Under the pieces are notes generated by a model, which made no database searches, had not been told where the DNA came from, and saw only the letters and a list, made by a program, of their open reading frames with translations. Source: Gekko japonicus (lineage: Eukaryota). Taken from it: a DNA stretch of 64,000 nt. Numbering within the stretch: the stretch's first letter is position 1; each line of letters begins with the position of its first letter. Of the stretch, positions 23,089 to 34,745 are shown in pieces. Position numbers and translations under genes: made by a program. The stretch covers positions 392,059 through 456,058 of the forward strand of contig NW_015163101.1 in assembly GCF_001447785.1 (NCBI RefSeq). Direction: 5' to 3'.

Positions 23089-23392
23089 AGGGGCGGTGTG
23101 TGCTTGTGGTCGTGGTGGTGGGGTGGTTGGAACCAGCCTTTATCTTCCTGGCAGCACATGAAAAGCCCTGGCCCCGGGATGTGTTTATGCACATCTCAGC
23201 TTAGGAGGAAGGGGGGGGGGAGCAAGGGGTGGGGGTGGGGAGGGGCGGTGTGTGCTTGTGGTCGTGGTGGTGGGGTGGTTGGAACCAGCCTTTATCTTCC
23301 TGGCAGCACATGAAAAGCCCTGGCCCCGGGATGTGTTTATGCACATCTCAGCTTAGGAGGAAGGGGGGGGGGATCAAGGGGTGGGGGTGGGG
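23089..23392. repeat. Tandem duplication, 2 x 152 bp, G-rich
   Basis: AGGGGCGGTGTGTGCTTG starts at 23089 and at 23241. Confidence 0.95.
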
Positions 23393-24160
23393 CCGAGTTA
23401 TTCTTGGCTGCTAAAGTTTATTTTACTTAAGCAACGCTTTGGAAGCGGGTGGGATGAGGGCTGGTTCTGTCCTGATTCAGTCTGTTCAGTCCCGTCTTCT
23501 CCTCAGATTTCTGCCCTTAGTCTCCTTTTTACAAAATATTATTTCCTGCCTGGATGGGGCTGGCCCGGCAGAGCGAAGAACCTTCTCTTTCTCCTGCGTG
23601 AGCTTTGCCAGCCTCCTCCCCCTCCCCCCACAGGGCAGACGGGGGGGGGGGCAGCGGGTGGGTGGATCAGGGAGGCTCAGACCAGGAGCTGGTTCAGATC
23701 TTGCTCTGCCAGCCCCCATCTTCCTCTCTGGGGCACGAGCATTGCTGTGAGGTTTGGGAGTCCCCTGCTGAGTCTTCGTTGAAGAGGGTTTTGGTTTCCT
23801 TGAAGGCACATCATCTGCGCTAAGAGCAGAAAATCCTCTGCAGTTGCAGGATCTGTCCCAGGTTTCTGGCGGGCCCCACTCCCTTATTGGTTGGCATGCC
23901 CTTATTGCTCCCAGCTATGCTCACTGCCCACTGGCACTGCGAAAAGGGCAACCCTCAAAACCTGGGACTAGCTCTGGTAGCCCATGGCTTTCTCAGCTGG
24001 CTCTTTCTCCTCTGGGGCTTTTGTGAGCGACCCACAAGGGTGGATTCCTGCTCACACTTCGCACAAGGTTGCAGAAGGTCATTAAGAATACCCACCAGGT
24101 TCATGCAGTCACAAGGTTTCTTCTAAAGGTAGGGCACGTGGGCTTTTATAGACTTCTTCT

Positions 24161-24378
24161 AGAGCCAGTTTGGTGTAGTGGTTAAGTGTGCGGACTCTAA
24201 TCTGGGAGAACCGGGTTTGATTCCCCATTCCTCCACTTGCAGCTGCTGATGTGACCTTGGGTCAGTCACAAGCTCTGGCACAGCTGTCCTTGAAAAAGAG
24301 CAGTTTGTGTCAGAGTTCTCTCAGCCCCACCCACCTCACAGGGTGTCTGTTGTGGGGGGGGGGAAAGGGAAAGGAGTT
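24161..24378 (+). mobile_element. Gecko-type tRNA SINE, 3'-truncated
   Basis: Same family as 1266. Confidence 0.85.
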
Positions 24379-24457
24379 TAAGTATTCAGGGCTACTCTGC
24401 AGCCCTCTTTTCAAGTCCCCCCCCCCCGAAAAATCTGACTCAGGTGTTGGTTATTGT

Positions 24458-24664
24458 CAATGTTCCCTCTAAGCTGTGGAGTCTTGTGAGCAAAAAGTCT
24501 ATTTTGTGAGCTACTGGCATTAAAGGTGTGAGCAGGAGATTTGGCTACTGCAAAAGTTAGTTTGCTCTGGAGCCCTCCTTCCTGAGCTAAGACAAAAAAC
24601 GTGTGACCTAGAGGCTAAAAAACTGTGAGCCAGCTGACACTAACTCAGCTTAGAGGGAACATTG
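24458..24664 (-). mobile_element. hAT-type MITE
   Basis: Same TIRs as 1730, TSD GTTATTGT/GTTATAGT. Confidence 0.9.
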
Positions 24665-25493
24665 GTTATAGTTTTGTTTTAAGACAGAGATCTGGCTTTT
24701 GTGCGTATGAGGAGGTGAGGGACCTCATTGCGGCAGGAAGGAGCTACCATTAGTTTGACCTTACGGTCAGTCCGCACAGTACAGGACAAGACAGCCAACC
24801 AGGGGCTTTGCGCTCTTTGTCATTATGGCTGAAGCAGAGGGGGAGCCTCCGGAACAGTGTTCATGGGGGAAACCAGTGAGGTGGGGGCATGTACACCCCT
24901 TTGTGGAGCTTTCTGCTTCTCTGCAACACAACTCAGGACGTAACACTTGGGTTTTCTAGGGAAGTTGGGTGGAGGTGGGCAGCCTTGGTGTGCTGAAAGT
25001 CAACCATGTTTTTCAGCTCCTCTGTCTTAATGAGGCTGCTTAGGAATACCAGAAGGTGGAGAGAACCTGACTTGCTGACCCGGGCAGTGGCTGGTGTCAG
25101 TCTGAATTACCTTCTTCAGCAAGCGGTTTTCTTTTTCATTTTTTTGCCTTTAAGATAAACTCTGTCTACTGAGTTTCTCTTCCTTTCCAAAAGAGAGGCC
25201 GGCGTTCCGACACCAGCTTTGCAGATAAAGCCACAGACCTTAGTAGCCATTTCTAGCACACTTTTTACTTATTTTGCTTACTACTTTTGTAGTTCCCCTC
25301 TCTCACTGAGACCCAGGGTGGATTGTACAGAGTGGATCAATACAAGAAACAAGAGGGGACATCCAATAAACAGCATAATGGGATTAAGATTGCAGAAGTC
25401 TAGGACAAAGCTGAAACAAAGCATAAGTATTCACATGTGAAACGATGCAGAAATTACACAGGGTGCGGGTTCATGAGGAATTTGACCTTCAGT

Positions 25494-25960
25494 TGCACAA
25501 TCACACAGTCTTGGAAGCTGCGGGCACAGCCCGCCACTGTGTGATCAGATGCAACCATGGGTGAGTCGTTTTTTTTTTTGCCGTTTGTTTTCGATGCGCT
25601 TAAACGAGGAATCGTTGAATCACATCTCTGCACTGAAGGCTCCCTATGGAGGTTGCAATGATGCACGTACTGAGAGGGCAGAGAAACAATGGCATGGAGT
25701 CCGGATGGCCTGATCAGACCACCCCGACACCGTGAGAGCACGCTGGTGCGATCAGACAGGGGAAAGTCCGTCTGTGGCCCGTCGTAACCTGTTTGCTACT
25801 TGGACTTTCCCTGGTGTCTTTTTACTCTGCTTCTGCAACGGAGCAAAATGGGTTGCCGACGGGTGCAGGGCACTTACCAGATGTTCGTGTCTGATCACGG
25901 CCTTTAAATCTGCCCGGCATTCGCACCTATGGTGCAGCTAATTGTGCGTGTGATCGCGCC
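25494..25960. mobile_element. Possible Harbinger-like MITE
   Basis: Decayed TIR TGCACAATCACACA / CGTGTGATCGCGCC, repeated internal GATCAGA motifs, CpG-rich. Confidence 0.4.
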
Positions 25961-26169
25961 TATAGTGCGATAATACATACAGTAAACTGACATGCATATT
26001 ATACTCAGTGGTATAGTTCACAGTTGCAGTCTCTTCTTTAAAGCTTCTTTTTGAAAAATTTGGTTACAATGTAGCCTTATTACCTGTGCCGACATGCCTT
26101 CCTGAATAATTCAGTGTTGCATAGTTTGCAGAATGTTATGGGAAGACAGTATTTAAACATTTTTTTTTG

Positions 26170-26710
26170 CTTTAAAGTTTTATTTTTGCTTCGGGGGCCA
26201 CAGTAGAGAAGGCAGTTGTTGATCCTGTCCATTTACAGGGTGGCCCCGCAGAAGGACTTGCTTGCGTGAGCAGAGCTGTTGTAGCAGAGCTTGGGGGGGG
26301 AGGCGGCCCTGCAGATATGAGGGTCCAAAGCCGTGAAGGGCTTTGTAACTGATGGGCAGCCAATGGAGTAATGGGAGTAATATGCATGTTCCACCCAGCT
26401 CCTGGTAATAGTGGAGCTGTCGCATTCTGCACCAACCGGAGTCTCCGAGTTAACTTCATGGGGAGACCTATGTAGAGTGCATTGCAGTAGTCTAGTCTCA
26501 CTATTAGCATGGCAGGCATCTAAGTGGCCAGATCAAGCAAGTCAAGACAGGGAGCTGTCTTCCGGTCTAAACTGAACTGGCTCTTAACCAAGTCAGCAGG
26601 GGTCAGCCGAACCCCATCCAAGGTTGGGTGGGGAGCACAGCGTCCTTCAAGATTTCTGCCTTCCCAGCCAGCGGAACCTCTGCCTTGTCAGGACTGAGTT
26701 TCAGTTTAAA
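26170..26710 (-). mobile_element. Decayed L2 LINE fragment
   Basis: RLDYCNALYIGLPMKLTRRLRLVQNA and LHWLPISY motifs. Confidence 0.8.
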
Positions 26711-27691
26711 GAGGGGGAATAATAGAATCATAGAATGTTAGAGTTGGAAGGGACCTTGCAGGTCATCTAGTCCCAACCCCCTTCACAGTTTTGTTTTGTT
26801 TTGTTTTGTTTTTTCCCCAAGCTGCCTTGGAGTGTAGCCATGAGTATTGGCAGAAGCCTGGATCCACCTGGGAACTCTGGCTCATAGACTTTTTCCATGG
26901 GGAGATGGGAGCCAGCCCTGAACAGCCTGGGGATACACCTCCCTCGGCAGAGGCCTCCTCTAAACTTCCACAGATCTTTGCCAGGTCCAGCCTAACTTTG
27001 GTCTTACCAAGGGAGGGAGAGCTAATCTGTGCTTCTCCTCCTGGGCCCTCCGTCTCGGATGCTCTCAGAAGCTCCCTGCTGTCCGAGACCCACCTTCTCC
27101 AGTCCCTCAGCAACCAGCAGGGGCCAGGTGGAACTGGCATGGCCCACGGGTGTGCCACAGTCTGCCTTCTGCCCCCGACTACAGATCTGATCTTGGACTG
27201 AATAACGGTGGCCTGACTCTCAGCATGCATGCCACTAAACAACCCCCTCCTGTGCGTGCAGAACCCATCCTCCGAGGAAGCTGCCTCCTGCATCTCTAAA
27301 TGAGTACATTGCCCTAGCCCATCTTTCCCCCAGTCAGCCTGTGTCAGAGGTATAATTTTGTGCATTGGTGGTGATTACATTATTCTGTGGCACCTGTTGA
27401 AAGAAGGTTGGTTCTCCAATGAAGAGGCCTGCCCAGAACAGGGACTCTCTCAGAAACACAGAGGGCGAACTCCTTGGGGGACGGCTAGTTGTTATCCCTA
27501 CACAGTTTTTCCAAGTGGGTAAATGTTTTGGTTGCGAGGGTGAGCTTGTCTTTAGTGCTAATTCACCAAGTATACATCATTTATCAGAAGGTCTGGTGAA
27601 ACAAGAACTATGTATTATGTTGTTGTATGTCATCTGGCAGGGGGAGGGGGTGGAAAAGAAATGGAATTAGACGTGTCTATGGAGGGCTGAA

Positions 27692-28229
27692 GGAGCTGCG
27701 GTGGCTCAAGTGGTTAAGACGCTGAACTGCAGGCTGTGGAAGGTCGGTAGTTCAGCAGTTCGAGACCCGGGTGCTGCATGACGGAGTGAGCTCCCGTCTC
27801 TAGTTCCAGCTCCTGCCAACCTAGCAGTTCGAAAGCAAGAAATTGCAAGTAGATAAATAGGTACCACTTCGGTGGGAAGGCAACAGCGTTCCGTGCGCCT
27901 TGGTTTTTAGTCATGCTGGCCACATGACCACGGAAACATCTTCGGACAGCGCTGGCTTTTCGGCTTTGAAACGGAGATGAGCACCGCAACCCTAGAGTCG
28001 GATTCGACTGGCTTTCGAGCAAGGGAACCTTTACCTTTACCTTTAAATAGGTACCACTTCAGTGGGAAGGTAACAGCATTCCGTGCGCCTTGGTGTTTAG
28101 TCATGCCGGCCACATGACCATGGAAACGTCTCCGGACAGCGCTGGCTCTTCGGCTTGGAAACGGAGATGAGCACCGCAACCCTAGAGTCGGACTCGACTG
28201 GCTTTCGAGCAAGGGAACCTTTACCTTTT
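27692..28229 (+). mobile_element. Sauria-type SINE with duplicated 3' half
   Basis: Full copy 27692-28044 plus a second 3' half 28045-28229, with one 14-bp TSD TATGGAGGGCTGAA around both. Confidence 0.9.
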
Positions 28230-28934
28230 TATGGAGGGCTGAATCTATGGACGGACGTTAGAAGGCATTGCACTTCCCAGCACAAAGAAGGGGTGGATGG
28301 GAACGGCCGCCTTCATGCCTTGCTTGTGAGCATCTTGACTGTCCACCACTGGAAACACAGCACTGAGTTAGATGGCCCTGAGCCTGATACCGCAAGGCGG
28401 GTCTTCAGTATTATCAATTTCCCCCTTCTCCTAAGGCATATCCTGTGCCTGCGGACCTGGCTCCCCCTGTTGGAGACCCCCTCTGCCCCGCCCCCCCATG
28501 GCTGTGTCCAGTCTGTAGCGGAGAGATGCCTTTGGACATCCACTGTGCAGGCAGGCAGAGCCCTGGCCTGCATGACTGTTCCTGAGCCATTTGTGGAGAC
28601 ACATTGCAGCTAGTCTTGAGCCCTGGAGATGTGGCAGGTGAGAGGTTGTTGGACAGATTGGCCCTCCCCATCAGGTCTCAAGGCCGAGGGCCACAGGGGG
28701 CACGGACCGGGGGGGGGGGAAGATGAACAAAGGTTTGGCCAAGGGAGGGAATGGTTCAGCTTTGCATTAATGAATGAATATTGGGGGGGGGGGCAATGTA
28801 ATCTTGCTTGTGCTTGGCGGAGATGCCCCAGTAATGCTAACTGAGTGCATCCACAGGATGTCTTTGTGTCTCCAGGCACATTGGATGCAAGCCATGGCTG
28901 TGTTCCTTTTGGACCCTTGCCTCACCCCTCCCAC

Positions 28935-29152
28935 AAAGTATAGATAGGGGCTCTGGGGCAAGTGATACTTTGTCTTCTTGGTGCTTGGGGGGGGGGTCAC
29001 CAGTGGGAGGACTTCTAATGTCCTGGCCCCACTGGTGGACCTCCCGATGGCACCGGTATTTCTGGCCACTGTGTGACACAGAGTGTTGGACTGGATGGGC
29101 CTTTGGCCTGATCCAACATTGGCGTCTCTTATGTTCTTATGTTCTTATGTTC
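28935..29152 (+). mobile_element. CR1 LINE 3' UTR
   Basis: Matches the 5950-6153 tail and ends in (TTATGTTC)n. Confidence 0.85.
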
Positions 29153-29869
29153 ATGTGGAAGATCTGCCCTTTTTATTTATGTTTTTATTTTGTTATTTTT
29201 AAAGATTTTTATTGGGTAAGTAACAAAAACAGACAGCTTTCAAGATAAGTTACATCATGTAAAATACAAAAGATACAACCAACCATACTTTGGGTGAAGA
29301 GTGTTCTGGTCTATTGCAGTACAAAGAAATCATACGCATACCTTACAGTTCCAATGACCCAATGTTAAGGAGATAGTCTGAGAGGGGAGATTAAGGCAGA
29401 AGATTCTCAGTCATTGCAATGTTAAAAACAGAATGTAGTGCTAGAAAGAGATCCAAGAAGAGTAATGAACATTGGAGGGGAGCAGGCTTTTACCTTTTTT
29501 GGCTTTTAAGCTGGAGCTGAATATTGTGTAACAGTCTGACTGCAACATAAAAAAGAGCTGCCCCTTCTTTAAAAAAAAGGCTCTACCTCCAAAGGGCAGA
29601 GTTTCTGTGCTGTGGTGCGTACAAATGCAAGCAGCTGCTGGCTCCCCCCCACCCAATCATTTGGGCCCTTGCACCAACCTGCCCCCTGGAGGGCCCTCCA
29701 TTTTTCTACCACTGCCGACGCGACTGACCCCTTAAGACTTTAAGCCCAGGCAGGGGCTGAGCTAAGAGTGGGGATATGTACATAAAAAGTGCTTGGGTGG
29801 GATGCCAGAGTCGATAAGGGTTCAAAACCAACAGCCTCCCTCCCTCCCTGTCAAAAGATGTATGCTGCC

Positions 29870-30500
29870 GTTCTACCCTTACAAGGGCCACCGAGCCGGC
29901 TAACGATTTTAAACATACATGATAAAGTCTCATTTTGAAACCATTAAAATCAACACACACACACCCCATAATTAAAACAGAGTTTAAAAACAAAGTTGAA
30001 ATATATACAAAACATAAAAGCATTGGTTAGGAAGGAAGGGTCGTTGAAGGAATGCCAAACGAAACAAAAAAAGTCTTTGCTGAAGGAAGACAGGAACAAG
30101 ACAGACACATCTCTCTGGGGAGGGAGTTCCAGAGCTTTGGTGCCACCACCGAGAAAGCCCCCTCCTCCCGGGTTGCCACCTGCCTGACCCCAGGAGGCGG
30201 GGGCGCCCGAAGCAGGGCCTCAGCAGGGGACTGCCGTGGTCCGGTTGGGTTCATAAGGGGCTAGGCGGCCCTTCCGGGATGTGTGTCCCAGGTCATATGG
30301 GGCTTTCAAGGTCGAGACCAGAACCTTGAATTGTGCCCAGAAACCATTTGGAAGCCAGGACTGGAGTGATAATAATAAAATACATATAGATCGTGCCCGC
30401 GACCCATTCCAGTCACCCTCCTGGCTACAGCACCCTGTACGGACTGAAGCTTCTGCACGCTTGCGAAGGGCAGCCCCACGTAGCGTTTGTACACACGTCA
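29870..30500 (-). mobile_element. Decayed L2 LINE 3' fragment
   Basis: VGLPFASVQKLQSVQGAVAR, AQFKVLV and AFSVVAPKLWNSLP motifs. Confidence 0.8.
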
Positions 30501-31449
30501 TCCCAAATACCCGGCTGATCAGAAGAGTCTGAAAATGCAGGATCTTGTGAGTCTCTTGAGAACGGATGCCAGAAGCAGGGCACTAGAATAAAACCGGGGC
30601 CTTGTAGCCCACATGCTCTTCCAGTGTGGTGTGCATGAGTCAGTCCACAATTACTGGAACAATAATAAAACAAGGTAAATGCCGAGAAGATGGCTTGGGC
30701 ACACTCTTCACACTTCACCTATACTGTCCTGGTTCAGGTCCACTTATGGACATGTCGCACTGCTATATACCAAGGCCTGTCCCACCCAACCCAGTAGTGA
30801 GCATCTCTTTGAGCTGCAGATGCTGGGGAGTGAATGGGCAACCTGTTCCCTACTTCAGAGCTCTGGCACTCTGGCATCTTTGCCAGACCCAAAGCCCCAG
30901 GTTCCCATTGGGTGGTGTGGCCCTCCACATCTTTGCAGGCAGCCAATAAGGCACTCCAAGGACCTGTGTTCCAGTTTCTCGTTTCTGTGGAACAGGCCTC
31001 AGCTCCTGCTACCCACGGCTGCCTTTGAGCAGCAGATTCCCACTGGGCCTGAGGCTGCCCCCCCCCCCCCCCCCCCGGCTGAGGTCACGTGTGCCAGGAG
31101 TTGCTGGTTGCAACTTCATGGAAGCCAGCTGCTAATTAACTGGACTTCCGTGTCCCTCCCCCTCTCCAGCAAGGCAGAAGGCCTCTCTCTTCCTCTCCCC
31201 CTCCAGACAGCAAGGCGGGGCCCAGAATCCTTCCCTCAGACCCCCCCCCCCCCCCCCCCCCCGCTCCACGGGGATTGCCAACCTGCGATGTTTATGTATT
31301 ATTCATCTGCGGTAATGCATATTCTGCTGTCCCGGTTGCACAGGGCAACAGGGGGAAGAGTGATACCAAGAACAATTTCAGGCCTTTCCGCATTAGCAGT
31401 CTAAACACAGGTAAACGCTGGTTGCAACTTCATGGAAGCCATCTAATTC

Positions 31450-31700
31450 ATGCTTGCGACGGGGCCGAGGGTTCTGAGACAGTAAAGGCTCAGATTTAGG
31501 AGCCAGCAGATGCTGAACTGCTTTAAACAATTGGGATGGTTGTGAGCTAGCGAATGCAGTGGTAGCAGAGAAGTCACATTTTTGTGCTGCTGCCACCACC
31601 ATCGCTGCTTCGTAGGTCTTCTAGTGGGTTCTGTAGCATGTTCTGTCGGATTCAGTGTGCGTGTTCTGGCAGTGCCATTCTGTATGTCTCTCAGCATGAA
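31450..31700 (-). mobile_element. Decayed L2 ORF2 internal fragment
   Basis: AAAQKCDFSATTAFASSQPSQLFKAVQHLL resembles the L2 endonuclease-RT linker. Confidence 0.5.
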
Positions 31701-31785
31701 TCACGTTGACATAACCAGGAGTCTTACAGTCTACCCAGTAGCAGGCATTTGCCTGCTCTGGAAACTTCCCCAGAGAAGAACAACA

Positions 31786-32091
31786 GAAGAAGAAGAAGAA
31801 GAAGAAGAAGAAGAAGAAGAAGAAGAAGAAGAAGAAGAAGAAGAAGAAGAAGAAGAAGAAGAAGAGATGGTTTTTATACCCCGCTTTTCTCTACCCCAAG
31901 GAATCTCGAAGCGGCTTACAATCGCCTTCCCTTCTTCTCCCCACAACAGGCACCTTGTGAGGCAGGTGGGGCTGAGAGAGCTCTGAGAGAACTGGTGACT
32001 GGCCCAAGGTCACCCAGCAGGCTTCATGTGGAGGAGAACCAAGCCCGATTCTCCAGATTAGAGCCCAGTGCTCTAAACCACTACACCATGC
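31786..32091 (-). mobile_element. Gecko-type tRNA SINE with expanded (GAA)n tail
   Basis: About 27 GAA units (31786-31866) followed by the antisense SINE body. Confidence 0.9.
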
Positions 32092-32900
32092 TGGGCATGT
32101 GACTGAGAGGGGAAAGCAGGATCCTTTTCCTTTTGGCATGCTGAGCCATCCTGCTCCTTAAGGTCCAGCACAGGCGGAAGCCGTAGCACCAGAATGAGAG
32201 ACCAGTAGCAGAACCCCCCCCCCCACCCCCAAGGTAAGCAGTTGCTGACTCTGTAGATCAGTGGGGTGCGCCCAAGAGGAACAACCGCGGCTCCTGTGTT
32301 GGATGCCCAGTAGGGTGTTGCCTCGGTGGCACGGCTTCCTCCTTGAATCCTTTTTTTTGGCTCTTGGAGAATTCAGCTCCTTCCACCCCACCCCGCAATC
32401 CCTCTTTGTGACTCTGCTGTATAACCAGGGAATGGTGGTGGTGGTGGGGCTTATGGTAGAATGGAGAGCAGATTGGGATAGCACAGGGTCCGGTCCAACG
32501 AGAGGGTTGCAGGCTTTTGAAAAGCTCATTACTAGAGAGGAAGAAGGATTTTCGCCCCCTAAAATTGCTCCCAAGGAGACAGCATCCCTACTCAGTGGTA
32601 GCACATTTCTGGTAGAGTGGCATATTGCTGTGAGGCATCTCCATTCCTAATGGGAGGAAAGGGTGGGTTTTTTGCACCCGTGTTATTAGTGACTTACTGA
32701 CACAGATCCAGATGCCCTCAGAAGATACTTCCAGGCGTGACATGTCAGAGTCCTGGAAAAGGATGCTTCAAAAAGAATTTTTTAAAAATGTAAGGCATTC
32801 AGAATTTGATGCAGGGAGACCATTAGACAAAAATCCGAGCTGTTCCCATTTTGGATTCCTCTTTGGGCCTCTGATCTGATGACTTGATTTTAAATGCTGT

Positions 32901-33288
32901 TTATTCCAGCATTGCTGATGAATAATTAACCGACTTTTGGTGCCTCTGAATGCTTCTAATTGGGAGGAGAAATTTTCTTTTTTTTCTCGTGCAAGAACTT
33001 GGCCATTTAATCTTTCTAATGGCAGTCACCTTTGATCTCGAAATTAAATGTCAAGTAATTTCCCAGGGAGGGTGTGAGATATTGTGAGGTCCCCTCCCCC
33101 CTTTTAAAGGCACAGCAAAAATTAGAGTAATTGGGGTTGTTTTCCTTTAAAAAATTCAAATGTTCCGTTTTGGTTTACAGTCATTATTCCTTGACACGAA
33201 GTGTCTGTTTCCACATTCTTTGCCATACAGCCATGTGCCCTTATTTCTAAAATATAGTGAGGAGGGGAGAAACAAACTCTTTCTGTTT
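32901..33288. repeat. 388-bp direct repeat, copy 1 (enhancer-like)
   Basis: Repeated at 34000-34387 with 2 visible mismatches. Confidence 0.95.
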
Positions 33289-33999
33289 AAGGTGGCTGGG
33301 AAAGATTTAGCTGCTATGCCCGCTACCTAGCTGTTTCTATGGAAACCTTTTTTTTTTAAGCCGGGGAGGCAGCTGGGAAGATGGATTGCCCCACGTGCAG
33401 CAGCCTCCTGGCCCCTGGCTGGAGGGGAAGGAGGTCCCCACCCCACACGTGGGGGCCAGCCAAGCCTGTGCGGGTCCGGTAATGAGCCGTGGCGCCCATT
33501 AGAGAGGGGTTCCTTCCCACTGATGCAAGGGCTGGCTTGTTTTAGCAACCTGAAGCAGTTGTGGTTCTCTGGTCCTCAAGGTGATGGGGCTTCATAGAGG
33601 ACTCCTGCCTGGTCTCCAAAGCGTCCCAGGGCCTTGCAAGCCCTGGCTCTTTTTCCGTTTGAGTTTTTTAATTATTTTCTCTTAAAAAAGGGGGTGGGCT
33701 TTGTCCCTCTCAGCCATTCCTGAGCCTCCTTGTTCCCTGTGTGGAACGCTTCCTCCCCGGGCCCCGGCCACACCGGCCCCCAGGCCCAGCTCCCTGGCCT
33801 TCCTTCCTTCCGGCCGAGCCCCTGGCCTCGGCTGCCCCTCTCCCCCACATCTCTTGTAGCCTCCCAGATGGGCAAAGGCTAGGTTGTAAGCTTCTCAGGG
33901 CAGGGACCTTCCCTTTTCTATGCTGGCAACTGTTGTCTACACTAAATGTGTGGTACGAATACCAGCTTGTGCCAGTGTGCCTTTGGTGTTGCGGGAGTG

Positions 34000-34387
34000 T
34001 TATTCCAGCATTGCTGATGAATAATTAACCGACTTTTGGTGCCTCTGAATGCTTCTAATTGGGAGGAGAAATTTTCTTTTTTTTCTCGTGCAAGAACTTG
34101 GCCATTTAATCTTTCTAATGGCAGTCACCTTTGATCTCGAAATTAAATGTCAAGTAATTTCCCAGGGAGGGTGTGAGATATTGTGAGGTCCCCTCCCCCC
34201 TTTTAAAGGCACAGCAAAAATTAGAGTAATTGGGGTTGTTTTCCTTTAAAAAATTCAAATGTTCCGTTTTGGTTTACAGTCATTATTCCTTGACACGAAG
34301 TGTCTGTTTCCACATTCTTTGCCATACAGCCATGTGCCCTTATTTCTAAAATATAGTGAGGAAGGGAGAAACAAACTGTTTCTGTTT
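34000..34387. repeat. 388-bp direct repeat, copy 2
   Basis: Offset 1099 bp from copy 1. Confidence 0.95.
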
Positions 34388-34554
34388 CGGGATGAGGTAA
34401 GAGGAGGGTTGTGTTGCTTGGGCTGTGCGAAAGTACCATGTGGCGTTGGGTGCGCAGCACATCAGTCTCCAGTTCTAACATATTTATTATCTCCTACATT
34501 GTTTTTTTCTCCCCAGTTGAACCCAAACAGGTGGTAACCAGAAATGGAGCTTGT

Positions 34555-34745
34555 TCTTTTGATCTGTTAATCAACATCTTTACTGTTTTGCATGCTAATT
34601 TAACAAGCCACCCATGTATATACAACGATGACCTGTAATTCCATGTCATTGTCTGACGAAGTGTGCGTGCACACGAGAAAGCTCACGCCTTGAATAAAAA
34701 CGCGTTGGTCTTAAAGGTGCCAGACTGGACTCTAACTTAGTACAG
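34555..34745 (+). mobile_element. Penelope-like pLTR remnant with hammerhead-like core
   Basis: CTGACGA-A-GTGTG(CGTG)CACAC-GA-GAAA-GC(TCAC)GC..AATAAA..GGTCTTAAAGGTGCCA. Confidence 0.65.

Noticed and set aside
22507-23313. 268-aa ORF
   Set aside because: Spans a nested DNA element and a G-rich tandem duplication.
31582-32102. Poly-Glu, poly-Arg and poly-Ser ORFs
   Set aside because: Translations of the (GAA)n tail of a SINE.
32901-34387. LTR pair of a small retroelement
   Set aside because: No TG..CA ends, PBS, PPT or TSD.
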